Shown piece after piece: positions 43,861 through 56,889 of a stretch of 64,000 nucleotides of DNA. The notes below the pieces were generated by a model. That model had not been told where the DNA came from. It ran no database searches and saw only the letters and a list, made by a program, of their open reading frames with translations. Every line of letters starts with the position of its first letter. Position 1 is the stretch's first letter. This DNA comes from Eledone cirrhosa (taxonomy: Eukaryota). Made by a program: the position numbers and the translations under genes. Location: contig OZ024744.1 of NCBI GenBank assembly GCA_964016885.1, positions 74,028,001 to 74,092,000 of the forward strand, given 5' to 3'.

Positions 43861-43932
43861 GCATCCATAGCTCAATGGTTAGAGCACTGGTCTTGTAAGC
43901 CAGGGTTCGTAAGTTCAATTATCACTTGTTTT
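43861..43932 (+). pseudogene. tRNA-Thr(TGT)-like pseudogene
   Basis: ccatagctcaatggttagagcactggtctTGTaagccagggttcgtaagttcaatt; D and anticodon arms present, acceptor and T stems broken. Confidence 0.7.
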
Positions 43933-43937
43933 GTGAA

Positions 43938-44150
43938 GGCGCGTGGCTGATTGGTAAGAGACTTGGATTCGCAATCTTGAGGTTGTGATTTCGATTCCCG
44001 GACCGGGTGATGCGTTATGTCCTCGAGCAAGACACTTTATTTCACGTTGCTCCTTCTACTTGGACTTGCGATCGATAGATAGTATTAGCAATTGGAAAGA
44101 TCCATTGAAACATTGTTTCCTCGTTCCGATTTGACGAAAGTCGATCGACT
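43938..44150 (+). mobile_element. tRNA-derived SINE (family 2) with CORE-like domain
   Basis: tRNA-like head ggcgcgtggctgattggtaagag...ttcgattcc, then tgtcctcgagcaagacactt; second copy at 46031-46243 (-). Confidence 0.8.
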
Positions 44151-44634
44151 GATGATAAATATATATATATATAATATACACATAATGCATATGAATATAT
44201 GTGTATGTGTGTGTATTGGAGTGGCTATATGTGTGAATGGGTGTGGATGCGTTTATGTAGAAGTGAGAGTGTATGTTTGATAGTAATGTCGGTTCATAAA
44301 TATATATTTGTTGTGGCGGTAACCAACATCTGTCAGCTGAACAAAGCAAGGTGTACAATGCATAGTAATCTTTATATTGTTATTATATATTTGAGACAAC
44401 TTAATAATTATATACAAACTACTTTTTTCTTCATCTTAACCTTTCATTATTTCACCCGTTTATTTACCTATGTATGTATTTAATTTATCAACGTAGGATA
44501 TAAATAGATTCTAAGTTTACAATTATTTCAGGCAACGCACACACACACACACACACACACACACGTATATATACATATATTTTAACGAACTCGACAAATA
44601 GAATTCGTCCAAGATCTCCGTTTGCCACTATATG

Positions 44635-44738
<104 letters not shown>

Positions 44739-44819
44739 GGCGCGTGTGTGTGTATGTAATAAAGTTTACAAAAAGCTGCAATTCTTATTGTCAGTGTATA
44801 TATATATATATATATATAT

Positions 44820-45140
44820 TCAGTCTGAACTACCCAGAAGACTCGATTTCCGTGTCCTCTAAGGCAGAGCTGTTCCTCTACACGATTTGCTGACTCCTGG
44901 CGTATAGAATGTTGCTGGAGATTCTCGTACTACAAGTTTTACCTTTGCCATGCTTATCACATGTACAATCTTCTTAAGCACATGATTGTCTCCATGTGTA
45001 TCTTCCCCAGTCTATTACTACTTTGCATAAGCTCAAAACGTGTTCCACAGTATCTACCGTGACTGAGGTTTTGATGTTTCGACAGCAAATTCCTGTCTTG
45101 AATTTGATGGCTAAATGTCAAGAGCTCAGCCGTTTGCCGC
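44820..45140 (-). pseudogene. HERO/NeSL-like non-LTR retrotransposon zinc-knuckle fragment
   Basis: Minus strand TVEHVLSLCKVVIDWGRYTWR..HVLKKI. Confidence 0.65.
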
Positions 45141-46030
45141 TGATTATGTATTATATAAATATATATATATATATATTAAAATAACAGATTAAAGTTTAAG
45201 CAAAGAATCACTGATTTCACCCATAACGGGATCTTCTGAAACTAAAAAAAATCAATCTGTGAACGCAGAAGTAAATATTTCGAAAAACGTTGCAACAGCA
45301 AGAAAACAGGGTTCTTATATATTTGATATATATTTAACCTTATCGAGCCCTCTTTGGATTTTAGTCTTCAAATTTATTATTATTACTATTTATATATACT
45401 ATATATATACTATATATATACTATATATATATACTATATATATATACTATATATTATACTATATATACTATATATTATACTATATATGCTATATATTATA
45501 CTATATATATATAATTAGTTACAACAGTGACATAAACATGTACTTAAATGTTGTTGGGTTATACACCCCAACCCATTCAACCTGTAACTATTATAATTAA
45601 CGCCTCATATGGACTGAGAGCTCTTACCGTTGGATTTTTCTACCAAACTTATATTACAGTATATTCATATATGTACTCAAATGTAAAGTTTTTTTTATAT
45701 ATATCTACCACACGGGTAGAAATATGGGGAAGAAAATGTGTAAATGTAATTGGAGTCTTTAAGAAGATTTATTTATATTAACTTATGACTTTAACTCATT
45801 TCAGATTTGAGTTACAAATCGGCATAGCCACAAATCTCTCCATCTCCTTTAACGTTTGAAAATAAATTGTTAAACCGGTAAGTTATCAATTATTGTAAAT
45901 AACCCTTCTTAAAGGTGGTGCGAATACATATACACAAGTAATTGCTACACACACACACACGCGCACATACACTCATGGACACACACACACATAAATAAAA
46001 TTCTTATTTTATATATATATATAAATAAAG

Positions 46031-46243
46031 GATCGATCGACTTTCGTCAAATCGGACCGAGGAAACAATATTTTCATTGGTCTTTCCAGTTAGTAGTACT
46101 ATCTATTAGTCGCAACTCCAGTTAGAAGGAGAAACGTGAAATAAAGTGTCTTGCTCAAGGACATAACGAATCACCCGGTCCAGGAATCGAACTCACAACC
46201 TCAAGACTGTGAATCCAATTGTCTAACCACTCAGCCACACGCC
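46031..46243 (-). mobile_element. tRNA-derived SINE (family 2)
   Basis: Reverse-complement homolog of 43938-44150. Confidence 0.8.
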
Positions 46244-46516
46244 TAGTATATTACAAAAGCCGTGTGTAATTTTTGTCAGTTATTCTGATGATTTAATTAG
46301 GTATACATTGTATTTAAGATAGAGTGACACAATTTCAAATGATTAGCAATCGTTAGACAACTTAATCATTGAAACAATTGTTAATACTGTAAATAAAACC
46401 CGTTTTGTACTGTTGACCATGTTATTTTTCATTCTTTTACTATATATATATATATAAAGCAGCGATTATTTGCTTAAACTTTAATCTTTAATTTTAATAT
46501 ATGTATAATAGTTTGT

Positions 46517-46935
<419 letters not shown>

Positions 46936-46964
46936 TATACATGTGTGCGTGTATATATATATAT

Positions 46965-47628
46965 ATATGAAAAATATGGGGAGAAAAATACTGCATGGTT
47001 GCACATGGATTACATGTTATAAAATGAGTCCCTCATCAGTGATTTGCCAACGATCATTGGTATTTCATCGCATTAAAAATCATATACCTCACGTTGAGGC
47101 GACAATAACTAAAATAAGTTATTGGGACAATTGAAACGCGTAAAGCGAGTGAGACAAGTAAACAACACAGGGGAAAGCTAACCGAAGATAGAAAGAAACA
47201 CAAGCAACATGGTTATTCTGTCAGTTTAAGCTGGGTGAATACATGAGCGAGTATGAAACAGACCTTTCGCTAGTGAATCCGATGTGAGAAAGAAGGAAAA
47301 TCGGGTTCGTAGCGGACGGGAGGAGGTGAGAAGGGGAGAAACAGAGAGTGAGTGAGTGGAAGTGCGAGGAAGAGGTCAGTAGAGAGAAAGTGTTAACTGA
47401 CATGATAGAGGGGACGAAAGAAAGTAAGAGAAACAGAGAGAACGAGGGAGCAATAAGAGAGAAAGAGAGAAACACAGAATCGCAGTTTAGGTAAATATAT
47501 GAAAAATATGGGGAGAAGAATACTGCATGGTTGCACATGGATTACATGTTATAAAATGAGTCCCTCATCAGTGATTTGCCAACGATCATTGGTATTTCAT
47601 CGCATTAAAAATCATATACCTCACGTTG
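46965..47628. mobile_element. Partial-tandem element (monomer about 530 bp, about 130-bp terminal direct repeat) in (TA)n
   Basis: 46965-47096 repeated at 47496-47627; only partial HHR motifs (CTGATGAG on minus, GAAACGCGTA on plus). Confidence 0.8.
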
Positions 47629-47866
47629 GTATATATATATATATATATATATACATTAGATAGTGAAATAGAGCGTCTGATGTATTTTTTTACTAAGTAA
47701 ATTACCCTAATAGTTGGAGTTATAACAGATGACGATTTATCTTCGGCACGGCACAGCTTTAATCGGGCCGTTTGTTCACAAACGAATCGAATATTATTAA
47801 TATTCGATATAACCCGTACGCACATATGTATCTGTATATATGTGTGTATGTTTATATATATATAGA

Positions 47867-47985
<119 letters not shown>

Positions 47986-48105
47986 CACACGCGCACACAT
48001 GTGTGTATATATATGTCTGTGCGTATGCGTACTTATATTCATGTATCAGCTGTGTTAGGACGAGAAATAAAATTCTAATTTTATTTGTTTATTTATACAC
48101 TCACA

Positions 48106-48168
<63 letters not shown>

Positions 48169-48254
48169 GTAGAGAGAGAGAGAGAGAAATACGATATCAG
48201 CTATATTGCGGTGGAGGCAATGCAAGCTTATATCAACAAATAAACAAGTAAATA

Positions 48255-49115
48255 TACTTGGTGACCCACAGAGTCTCACTGATGTTGCAGTCGACTGTCA
48301 CCAGGCCAAGCTGGTGCTACCCTTCAAATCCATCGTTGAAGAGTACAAAGTCGAAGAAGTAAGGCACTCGACCATGCTTGAAATATCGAAAAATAAAGGT
48401 CATGATGTCGATCCAGCCGAAGCTGAAAACAGACAGAAAATGGAAGGTCCAGGAGGTGGTAGATGCAATACAGGAAAACCTTAGGATCAGACAAATACTT
48501 GTTTCTACTTTTGGCACAAGGCCAGCTTTATTTTATCGACCCCGTAAGGATGAAAGGCAAAGTTAACCTCATCGGGTTTTGAACTCAGACCCTAAAGGCC
48601 CGTAACTCTATGCTCGGACGCCTTGCTTTGCAGCATAGAGTTACGGCTGTTTATGGTCTGAGTTCAAATCTCGCCACGGTTAACTTTGCCTTTCATCCTT
48701 ACGGGGTTCATAAAATAAAGTACCAGTTATTGCTGGCCTTGTGCCAAAAGTAGAAACAATTATTTCTTTGATCGTAAAATAATGGGACACACTGAGGCCA
48801 ATTGCCAAGGACTGGGTGTAACAAAAATGAAACAAAAACGAACAGAGGCCAGGGGAATGTTGAGGAGAGATCTGATTTTTGTTGGAGGTGAAGAAAGAAG
48901 AGGATTCCAGAAGACTCCGGAAGGCATTTCAACAGAACTAACAGGGCCAGTGGATGACATGGGAAGGTGCAGTCCAGAAGTGTCTAAGCCGGAATGACTT
49001 GTATCTTACGGGACCTCCCAGAATCAGTTTTTTTCTCAGATCTGTCTACGATCTCCTTCTGTCGAATACGAATTTAGTCAAGTGAGGCAAATCAGATAAC
49101 GACGTTTTGACAGCA
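48255..49115 (+). pseudogene. HERO-like non-LTR retrotransposon fragment interrupted by an inverted SINE pair (48499-48762)
   Basis: KLVLPFKSIVEEYK, LKTDRKWKVQEVV, QGLG, QGQWMTWEG, RISFFLRSVYDLL. Confidence 0.75.
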
Positions 49116-49350
49116 AATTCTAGACTGGCACTGATTCTCTATTATATTTACTTTCTACTACCCCAAGTATAGAATACTCTGCTGAATTATGGTCTTACCT
49201 GTTTAAATCGGTATTATCCTGATCTAGATTTTTATATATATCTACATTCATCTATCAATCAATAAAACAATCCAATCTATCTACCTATCTATCTATATAT
49301 TTCTCTCTCACTCTCCCCCTCTCTCTCTCTCTCCCTCTCTCCCTCTCTCT

Positions 49351-49399
<49 letters not shown>

Positions 49400-49412
<13 letters not shown>

Positions 49413-49986
49413 CTGAGGATGTCTGTGTGTGTGTGAGTTTGAATCCCTAAAACTAGAGAAGAACCCAACCGACTGTTTTCAAACTTTACACATATGATAC
49501 TTATGTTTCAGGGAGTGTTCTGAGCAAAATAAATTTCGAATTTTCAATGCCCTAGGGACCGCATTAGGCGATTTAGCGATCTCTCTCTATAATTCTTAGT
49601 CTTTCTCTTTTTAGATAGATACATACATATAACGTCGCGCTCTTATAATATCTGTCTGTATGTCTGGCTCTCAGCATTACGTCACTTCTTACAATTCACG
49701 CTGCGTCCAGATGGCGCCCTTATAATATCTGTCTGTATGTCTGGCTATCTGCTGCCTCCTGTTATTCAGCCACCCTTGCTCAAGACAAAACCCACACTCA
49801 TACGCCAATCAGTTGGTAAGTGCAGAAAACTTCTTCCTCGTGTTTTAAGCCACAGTGTTGCTTACTTACGTACCACCAGACCCTTACTTCTTTGCCAGCC
49901 GTGGTTGTGGCGATACTAAGCATAGCTAAGGCGGTTATATATTTCACAATACCTTTTCCCGTGCAACGCCGGATACCAGTGCTTGT
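49400..49986 (+). mobile_element. Non-autonomous Helitron-like element
   Basis: 5' (TA)n-AAAA..GTCTGTGTG..CAACCGA..TTCAAACTT leader; 3' hairpin cccgtgcaacgccgga followed by gCTTGt (CTAG variant). Confidence 0.65.
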
Positions 49987-50483
49987 ATATAATCGTATTA
50001 TGATATTATACAATAAATCATCTCAAATATACTTTATCCCTTTAGCATTCACATTACTCTATATATACAATTTTATTTTCATGGTAAAGGCTTTATCTCA
50101 CATAATTATCTCATATAATATCAAATCTATGAGATTTTGAAAGTATTTATTTTGAGAACAATGCCTTAACATCAGTTTGAGTGACCAGTTACAGCCAGGT
50201 TCAACAGAAAAAGCTAGAGAATTCTGGCCGGTTTTGACCGGTTTGAACATTAAAGGGTTATACAGGTTAAAATCTGTACTTTACAGAGAATTATTTATTC
50301 AAAATTTTATTTAAGTAAAATATCTAAGTATATTACTATCAAGAACAAGTATATTTGAGGAAACCATATAATTTTAACTGCATAAATGTCCAGACTGCGG
50401 TTTCACCATGATTAAGAATATTAGCCAAATAACATAATTGATTACTCAATCAAGATTTCCATACCGATCAGTAAATAATAATT

Positions 50484-50577
50484 GTTTCTACTTTAGGCAC
50501 AAGGCCAGCAATTATCCAGTGCATTACTGGTACTTTATTTTATCGACCCCGTAAGGATGAAAGGCAAAGTCAAACTC
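50484..50577 (-). mobile_element. 5'-truncated SINE (family 1)
   Basis: TSD atcagtaaataataat. Confidence 0.88.
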
Positions 50578-50929
50578 ATCAGTAAATAATAATGCAATTC
50601 AATTTAAACATTCAACACCATGTGTTTTCTTCCAAATATAATTTGTTTTTTTTGTTACCGAGTATATGTACAATAAAGATAATTGCGAAGGTCTATGCAG
50701 ATGTTTAAAAACCCTATGATACATATTTCAATGGCGTTCATGGCTACTTGATGGTTCGATCACGCAACCGGTCATGCTACGTCATTAGACAGCATCTTTT
50801 GCAATAAGGTTATGTTTCCAAGACAATCTAGGATAAAGACAAGGGAACGGAAGAGATATGATATTTATATTACCGGACATTATATTATATTATATTATAT
50901 TATATTATATTATATTATATTATATTATA

Positions 50930-51480
50930 TGTGTGTCCATGTAGGGGCTCCCAAAGGAGCACTGAGTGCAATGTCAACTCTGGATGTCAGTGAGCATGTC
51001 CAGCTAACCTCAGTCTCCTCTGTGTCACTTTTGAGCTGACTTTTGGGATGCTCCCATACAGCTCTGAGTTTTTCATCCTCAGTGTATACTGATTAATGTT
51101 CAGAGCCATCCTCAGCATTCTCGTGTAGCACCCATCCACCATCTGAGTGAGTTTCTTGGTCAGAGTCCAAGTCTCAGACCCATACAGCAGCACAGACTCC
51201 ACTACAGCGGTGAAGAGGCGGATTTTCAGGTCTCTACGAAGGTCCGACTTCCACACCGATCTGAAGCTGTGGCACGCCGCCCAGGTCTTGCTCTTCCTCT
51301 CAACCACAACATAGACACACTAGAAGAGGAAGACCAATGTTAACGTATGTTGATGCCCTAAGGACAGACACTGGTCTGTTGGAGACGCAGGACATGGCAG
51401 CGATGATGAGGGACGAGACCGCTGGAGAGAACTCGTCCATGGATCTCGGGAATTTTACCCGCCTTAGAATAGAATAGAAT
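50930..51480. mobile_element. RTE 3' fragment with 5' inversion (same family as 10213)
   Basis: 50930-51307 is antisense to 11133-11550; 51314-51468 continues in sense; (TAGAA)n tail. Confidence 0.92.
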
Positions 51481-52609
51481 ATATTATATCATATTATCTC
51501 TTGCCTGTTCGAGCCGACGGGCTGAAACGGTCACCAACATTGTTGTTATGTTGTCTATAGTCGTCCTTCATTTGTTAGCCATTGTTACTTGAATGAATTT
51601 GACGCTGCTGCAACCATTTGTGCTTTTTAGTGTACTGTGGGCCCATATGTTATCATATATGGAAGATACTGCTTGAAAACATCTAAGTGTAAGGGGAAAA
51701 GAGCGATATAAGCATGCTTCGACATGTTAACATCTGCTTTTAGGAATTTCGAAATTTTATCTTTCGAAGAAAAGATTTCGGAGTATTATCTTTATAATTA
51801 TTAATGACAAACTCCTGTGTTCAAATGTCTCTTGGTGTGTGTGTCCCAACCCCAATTGGTAAAACATGACTCTTTTGCACGTTTCCTACATCCTATGCGC
51901 AATTATATCTGATTTAAAATGTCAACAAGTTTGACGTCTGAAAATGAAGGGGCCGGGAAAAAGCCGTGTTAGCTGTAACACCGAAGCTGTTGTATGTTTT
52001 GAAAGTTTTACTTACGAAAGGTGTAAAGTAGTTTAAACTGAATTTTTTTCTCTCTGAGAAATGTATCGGCAAATGTATATGTTCGGGGTGGAGGTAGGGG
52101 TCAGTGATTGTGTTTTTGTCGTTGACAAAACCGGTAGCATTGTGGTGTAAACCTTTGTCAGACAATGATACCCCACCCCACCCTAAAATCAGTAACTACA
52201 CGAGCAGAAAAAAACAACATGCCAAGCTGTGAAAACACCGCGACTAGCAATAAAACCAATCTTCTAACCAAAAGAAAAAAAAGACGGAAACCAAAAATAA
52301 TAGTAGTAACAAGAGCACAATTAATATCACCTCCATTTTAACGAGAAGTCAGTTGACTGCCATATTCACAAGTAACAGAATCACTCTCAGAAGCAATAAC
52401 ATCAACAATGCCACAACCACTAGCAGTTAGACAATGAGCAGAAAATATGAAATACTAGATCCCCAGCAATAACATAGACAGTATTACAAACAATTTCTGC
52501 AACAGTTGTGATCAACTTTAAAATGCCCTTTCTCTTCATCCCAAACGAGCATACTATTGAAGACATTTGAAACATATCTAAAATTGTTTTATATATATAT
52601 ATATATTTA

Positions 52610-53035
52610 TTAAAATAACAGATTAAAGTTTAAGCAAAGAATCGCTGCTTTCACCCTTAACGGGATCTTCTGAAACTAACAAACTCAATCTGTGAACGCA
52701 GAAGTATATATTTCAAAAAACTTTGCAACTGGAGGAAGACAGGCAGACGATACTTTGGTTCGTGGAAACGTTCCCTGGCAAAGAACGGGAAAAAAACGAA
52801 TATAATACGTCATTAATAGGAGCGGTGAAAAACAATTACACGCAAAGACAAAATCACGTTTATGGTATAAAAGAAGTCGTAGACTAATATTCTCTTAGGG
52901 GGTTCATAGAGACGTTCTCTGGCAATAAACGGAAAAAAACGAAGATAATACGTCATATGTGGAGCGTGGAGAACAATTGCACGCAAAGACAAAACCACGT
53001 AAATGGTATAGCAGAAGTCGTAGACTAAAATTCTA
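52610..53035 (+). mobile_element. Helitron-like repeat with an internal tandem unit of about 144 bp
   Basis: Same 5' sequence as 11798 and 45177; acgttc(c/t)ctggcaa... unit at 52768 and 52912. Confidence 0.55.
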
Positions 53036-53739
53036 ACTAGGAAACCGAATGATTCTCGGCTTCAGAGTTAAGAATAAAGTAAATGAAATACAATACAGAG
53101 GTAATTGAAATTAAATAAATACATACACGCATCCATATACGCACATACACAAGCATACGCGAAAAGACTCGCCATAGGCATACAAATACACGCACGTACA
53201 CAACCCCCCCCCCCCCCCAAAAAAAAAAACCGCACGCGCATACAGAACCCACGCAACGTCTGTTCCCTCACGCATACGAATGTATACACCAAATACACAT
53301 AACAATATATATAAAATATATATATATATGTGTGTGTGTTTGTGTGTGCGTGTATACATATAATTAAAAAAACGTATATAAATAAATAAATACGTATATA
53401 ACAAGCGCACACACATACCTACATGTAAATACACATATGTTCGGAGACCGACGTCAACCAAAACACAAAGTACACATATACGCACACCCTACATACGTAC
53501 GAACCCGCATACTCACACAGACACAAAACTCACGTATACACATAACCAAAAGCATATTTACTAGAATATATAATATATACGCCATAACATATACACTCAA
53601 ATATACGTACGAGAAAGTATACGTAACTTCACAAAACATACAGGTAATATATACTTACCTATACAAATAAGTAATGGTATAAGCATAACATATACTTAGC
53701 TCCCACATCACGACGTAAAATATCCGCGTATAGTTCGTA

Positions 53740-54010
53740 CTATCCGTTAGGGTATAATGTGGGGCTGTAATACAGGAAACTTTTGTGCAATTTATGTTTA
53801 CAAGCCGAAATTGCCTCAGATTTTTTGTTTAAGATGTGGTCTTTGGCGTAGAGTATTTCCAGGGCCTCAGCGGCGCAGAGCTCACATGGTCTTTTATTTC
53901 CGTTATACGATCCAGCCCTAGATTGGATCTCCCAGTGTAACTTATATTGGGTGTGGTTGTCTTTTAGACTCCAGATATAAGCTGAAAGTGACGTCATATT
54001 CCTTCTGTTG
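53740..54010 (-). pseudogene. PLE (Nematis-like) GIY-YIG C-terminal fragment
   Basis: TSLSAYIWSLKD..YKLHWEI..CELCAAEALEI..LNKKSEAISACKH. Confidence 0.88.
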
Positions 54011-54109
54011 ATATATAAAAATTGTATCTCTTCTGTGGTGGTTAATACAGGTTCAAAGAATTCCGCATAAATTTATTAATTGATATCTCCTAAATACACT
54101 ATTTTGAAA

Positions 54110-54543
54110 GATGAATACCACACGATGGAAAGAATTCGATCGTGAATACAAGCAGCCGAAAAGTGGTTATTCCGAAGGGTCTTTGGAGTAACGTTAATCA
54201 ATAGAGTGTGTAACTCGGAGATCAGAGAGTCACTCAAAGTAAAACTGCTTCTTCTCCTAATTGAGATATTACAGCTCCGATACAATAGGCTTGTGGTTAG
54301 AATGTCTCAGGAAGGATTCGCTGGGTAGATTTTACAGGCAAAACCAACCGGCAAGAGAACCACGGGTAGATTCCAAGAAAGATAGTTTCATAACATCTAT
54401 GAGCTTGGCTGGTTACACTTGGGGATCGAGCCGGATCACTTGCGGACGGTTGCTTCTAACAGGACCCGCTGGAAAGAGTGTTTGATGACTTTGCCCTCAC
54501 CACCCTCTCAAGAAGAAGAAGAAGAAGAAGAAGAAGAAGAAGA
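54110..54543 (+). mobile_element. RTE (Expander-like) 3' fragment with (GAA)n tail
   Basis: Homologous to 15590-15945. Confidence 0.8.
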
Positions 54544-54968
54544 GCACATGATGATTGCTTTTTCAAATTTCGTAACATCACAAACCAACAAAGTGATAAA
54601 ATGAGAAAAATATATCAATTCGTTTATGTTTACTATTACAACGAAAATTAACTTTAAAATCGTCAGTTTTCTTGAAATTAACTCAAAATTAGATTCTTGT
54701 CAAAAGCATGCAAATATAAAACATTGTACCGTATAACAGTTATTTTTTATAACATTAATTTTCGCTTATCAAACGTCTCATGCGATGACAATTCATTCAG
54801 TTATTTTACAGATTACTGTAACGTATCTCTACTAACGGAGGTATTCACTGATAATAATTAAATATATTTTAAATTTATACTATAATAAAGTAAGGAGTGT
54901 AGGACTGCGTACAGTTTATTTCTTTTAATCCAATTAGTAAAATAAGTTGGATTACTTTGAATAAACAA

Positions 54969-55085
54969 TTGTTTCTACTTTTGGCACAAGGCCAGCAATT
55001 ATCCCAGTGTATTACTGGTGCTTTATTTTATCGACCTCGTAAGGATAAAAGGCAAAGTTAACCTCGGCGGGATTTGAACTCAGAA
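54969..55085 (-). mobile_element. 5'-truncated SINE (family 1)
   Basis: TSD attactttgaataaa. Confidence 0.88.
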
Positions 55086-55579
55086 TTACTTTGAATAAAT
55101 AATGAATGAATATTACATAATTTATGTACTAAATTTCGTAACTTTTGATTAAATTTAATATAAATAATTTTATTATTTATTTAAAATTGACTTCTTTTCA
55201 AAGGTAAAAATGTCTGCACTTCCGGTAATTCGCCGCCGCCACCACTACTTCAACTACCATATATATAAATAGAGAGTGTGTGATGCGAGAGATACAGATA
55301 TATAGAGTGATTATGACTTTTAACAGGCTGACGCGTATGTGTGAGTATATAACTATTATGAGTATATAATTATAATCACGCAAACACAAACATACAAAAA
55401 TACACGGACATACATTCACACAAATACACATACTTTCACACAAACATATACATACATTAACACATATACATTTACACAAACATACATTCACATATATACA
55501 TTTACACAAACATAGACATACAGTCATACAGTCATGATAGTGTTCGATGAATTGGAAATGGGAGAGTAAAAGTACAACT

Positions 55580-56295
55580 TTTTATTTATTTATTAACAGC
55601 ACAGTTTAACTCTTTTTTTAAAAATCATTTAATATGATGGTTACAGAACGAAAACACTAACAAATATAATATATACAAAGAAAAGGGAAAGGAAAAAAAA
55701 GAGAAAAAATACACAAGCACGTAATACACACATCTTAGACCACATAGAACAAAATGCAGGCCAAAGAGTGGAAAAACGAGATGCTACTAGAGCCAAAGAT
55801 AGCAATATAGCGAGGAGCACTGGGAAACTTCTCTAATAATTTTTGAGGCAAGCCAGCAAGCTCGCAGCGTTACCTGGGGTGATGGCGAGGCTTAGGTGCT
55901 GGAACAACCAAGTACCCTCACGATCATCACCAGTTACCTCTGTTTGAGGGGCCGCCAGTGAAGATAAGAACCTCGCTGTCAGTAGCCCGACTCCCCCAAA
56001 CGTCTCGAACGCCACAGGCTGCATATGTAGTTAGCTGACAGAACACGATATTTTAGGATTTTGTTCCGTTCAACTGCGGATGCTGTAGCTCTTGCCCTTA
56101 CAGCTGCATCCAGGATGTGGGAGGAAGCAAAAGAGTCACTAACTGTGACGTCCCAGGTAAGGCACCTGCCTCTTGACCAGGAGCACAGAGTAAGACCGTC
56201 AAGTCTTTTCCCATCAATTCTGGACTACCCAGACGGTTCCAAAATTGAGGAAATGTTTGCCCGGGCCAAAGCTCTTAAGTGGTAATAGCACAGTG
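55580..56295 (-). pseudogene. CRE-like non-LTR retrotransposon 3' end (restriction-like endonuclease)
   Basis: DGKRLDGLTLCSWSRGRCLTWDVTVSDSFASS..KILKY..PVAFETFGGVG..FQHLSLAITPGNAASLL; A-rich tail at about 55580. Confidence 0.8.
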
Positions 56296-56479
56296 TGTAT
56301 ATGTGCACGCGCGTAAGTTTGGCGGCGTTCTTAAATTAGAGACACGTGTGTGTGTCACTGTTTTTAAGTTAGACATATATATGTGTATCCCTTTCGTTAC
56401 TTTTCACACACATACATTCATACAAACACACATACACATTGTGTGGTGGACGGGTGGAAAGAAGTCCGTCAAATTTATA

Positions 56480-56800
56480 TACAGGTGAATGGAGTTCTAC
56501 TGAAGCAGTTAGAGAAGTTCAAGTATCTCGGGGCCGTGTTCATGAATTATGGAATGCAGGAGGTTGAATTAAGTAAAGAATTGCAAAAGCTGATGCAGTA
56601 ATGCGCCAGCCTCGGCATTCAGCAACCAGAAGGAGGTAGGTGTAAAAGCCAAACTCGCTGTCTTCCTGGTACTCCTGCCAACTCTTACCGAGGATCAAGA
56701 ATGTTAGGTAATGACCAAACGAATACAATTGAAAATAAAAGCGGCCGAAATGGGTTCCTCCGAAGGGTCTTTGGAGTAACGTTACTCGATAAAGTGCACA
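56480..56800 (+). pseudogene. RTE fragment
   Basis: QVNGVLLKQLEKFKYLGAVF; homologous to the 54110 family. Confidence 0.7.
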
Positions 56801-56889
56801 GCACACCACCGTTCCATATAATACTAACGTAATGACTTGTAACATTAATAACATTTCCTATAAACAGTTCATTATTTAATGGCTGCATA

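Noticed and set aside
43861-43932. Functional tRNA-Thr gene
   Set aside because: The acceptor stem and T-arm do not pair, so it is kept as a pseudogene.
47676-47745. CTGATGTA motif as an HHR in the short insert at 47653-47820
   Set aside because: No GAAA box or consistent stems; only the twin-hairpin module is recognisable.
51914-52165. 83-aa minus-strand ORF as a host exon
   Set aside because: No recognisable motif or convincing splice signals.
53030-53075. Hairpin containing CTGAAG on the minus strand as an HHR
   Set aside because: It lacks the CUGANGA and GAAA boxes in the right order.
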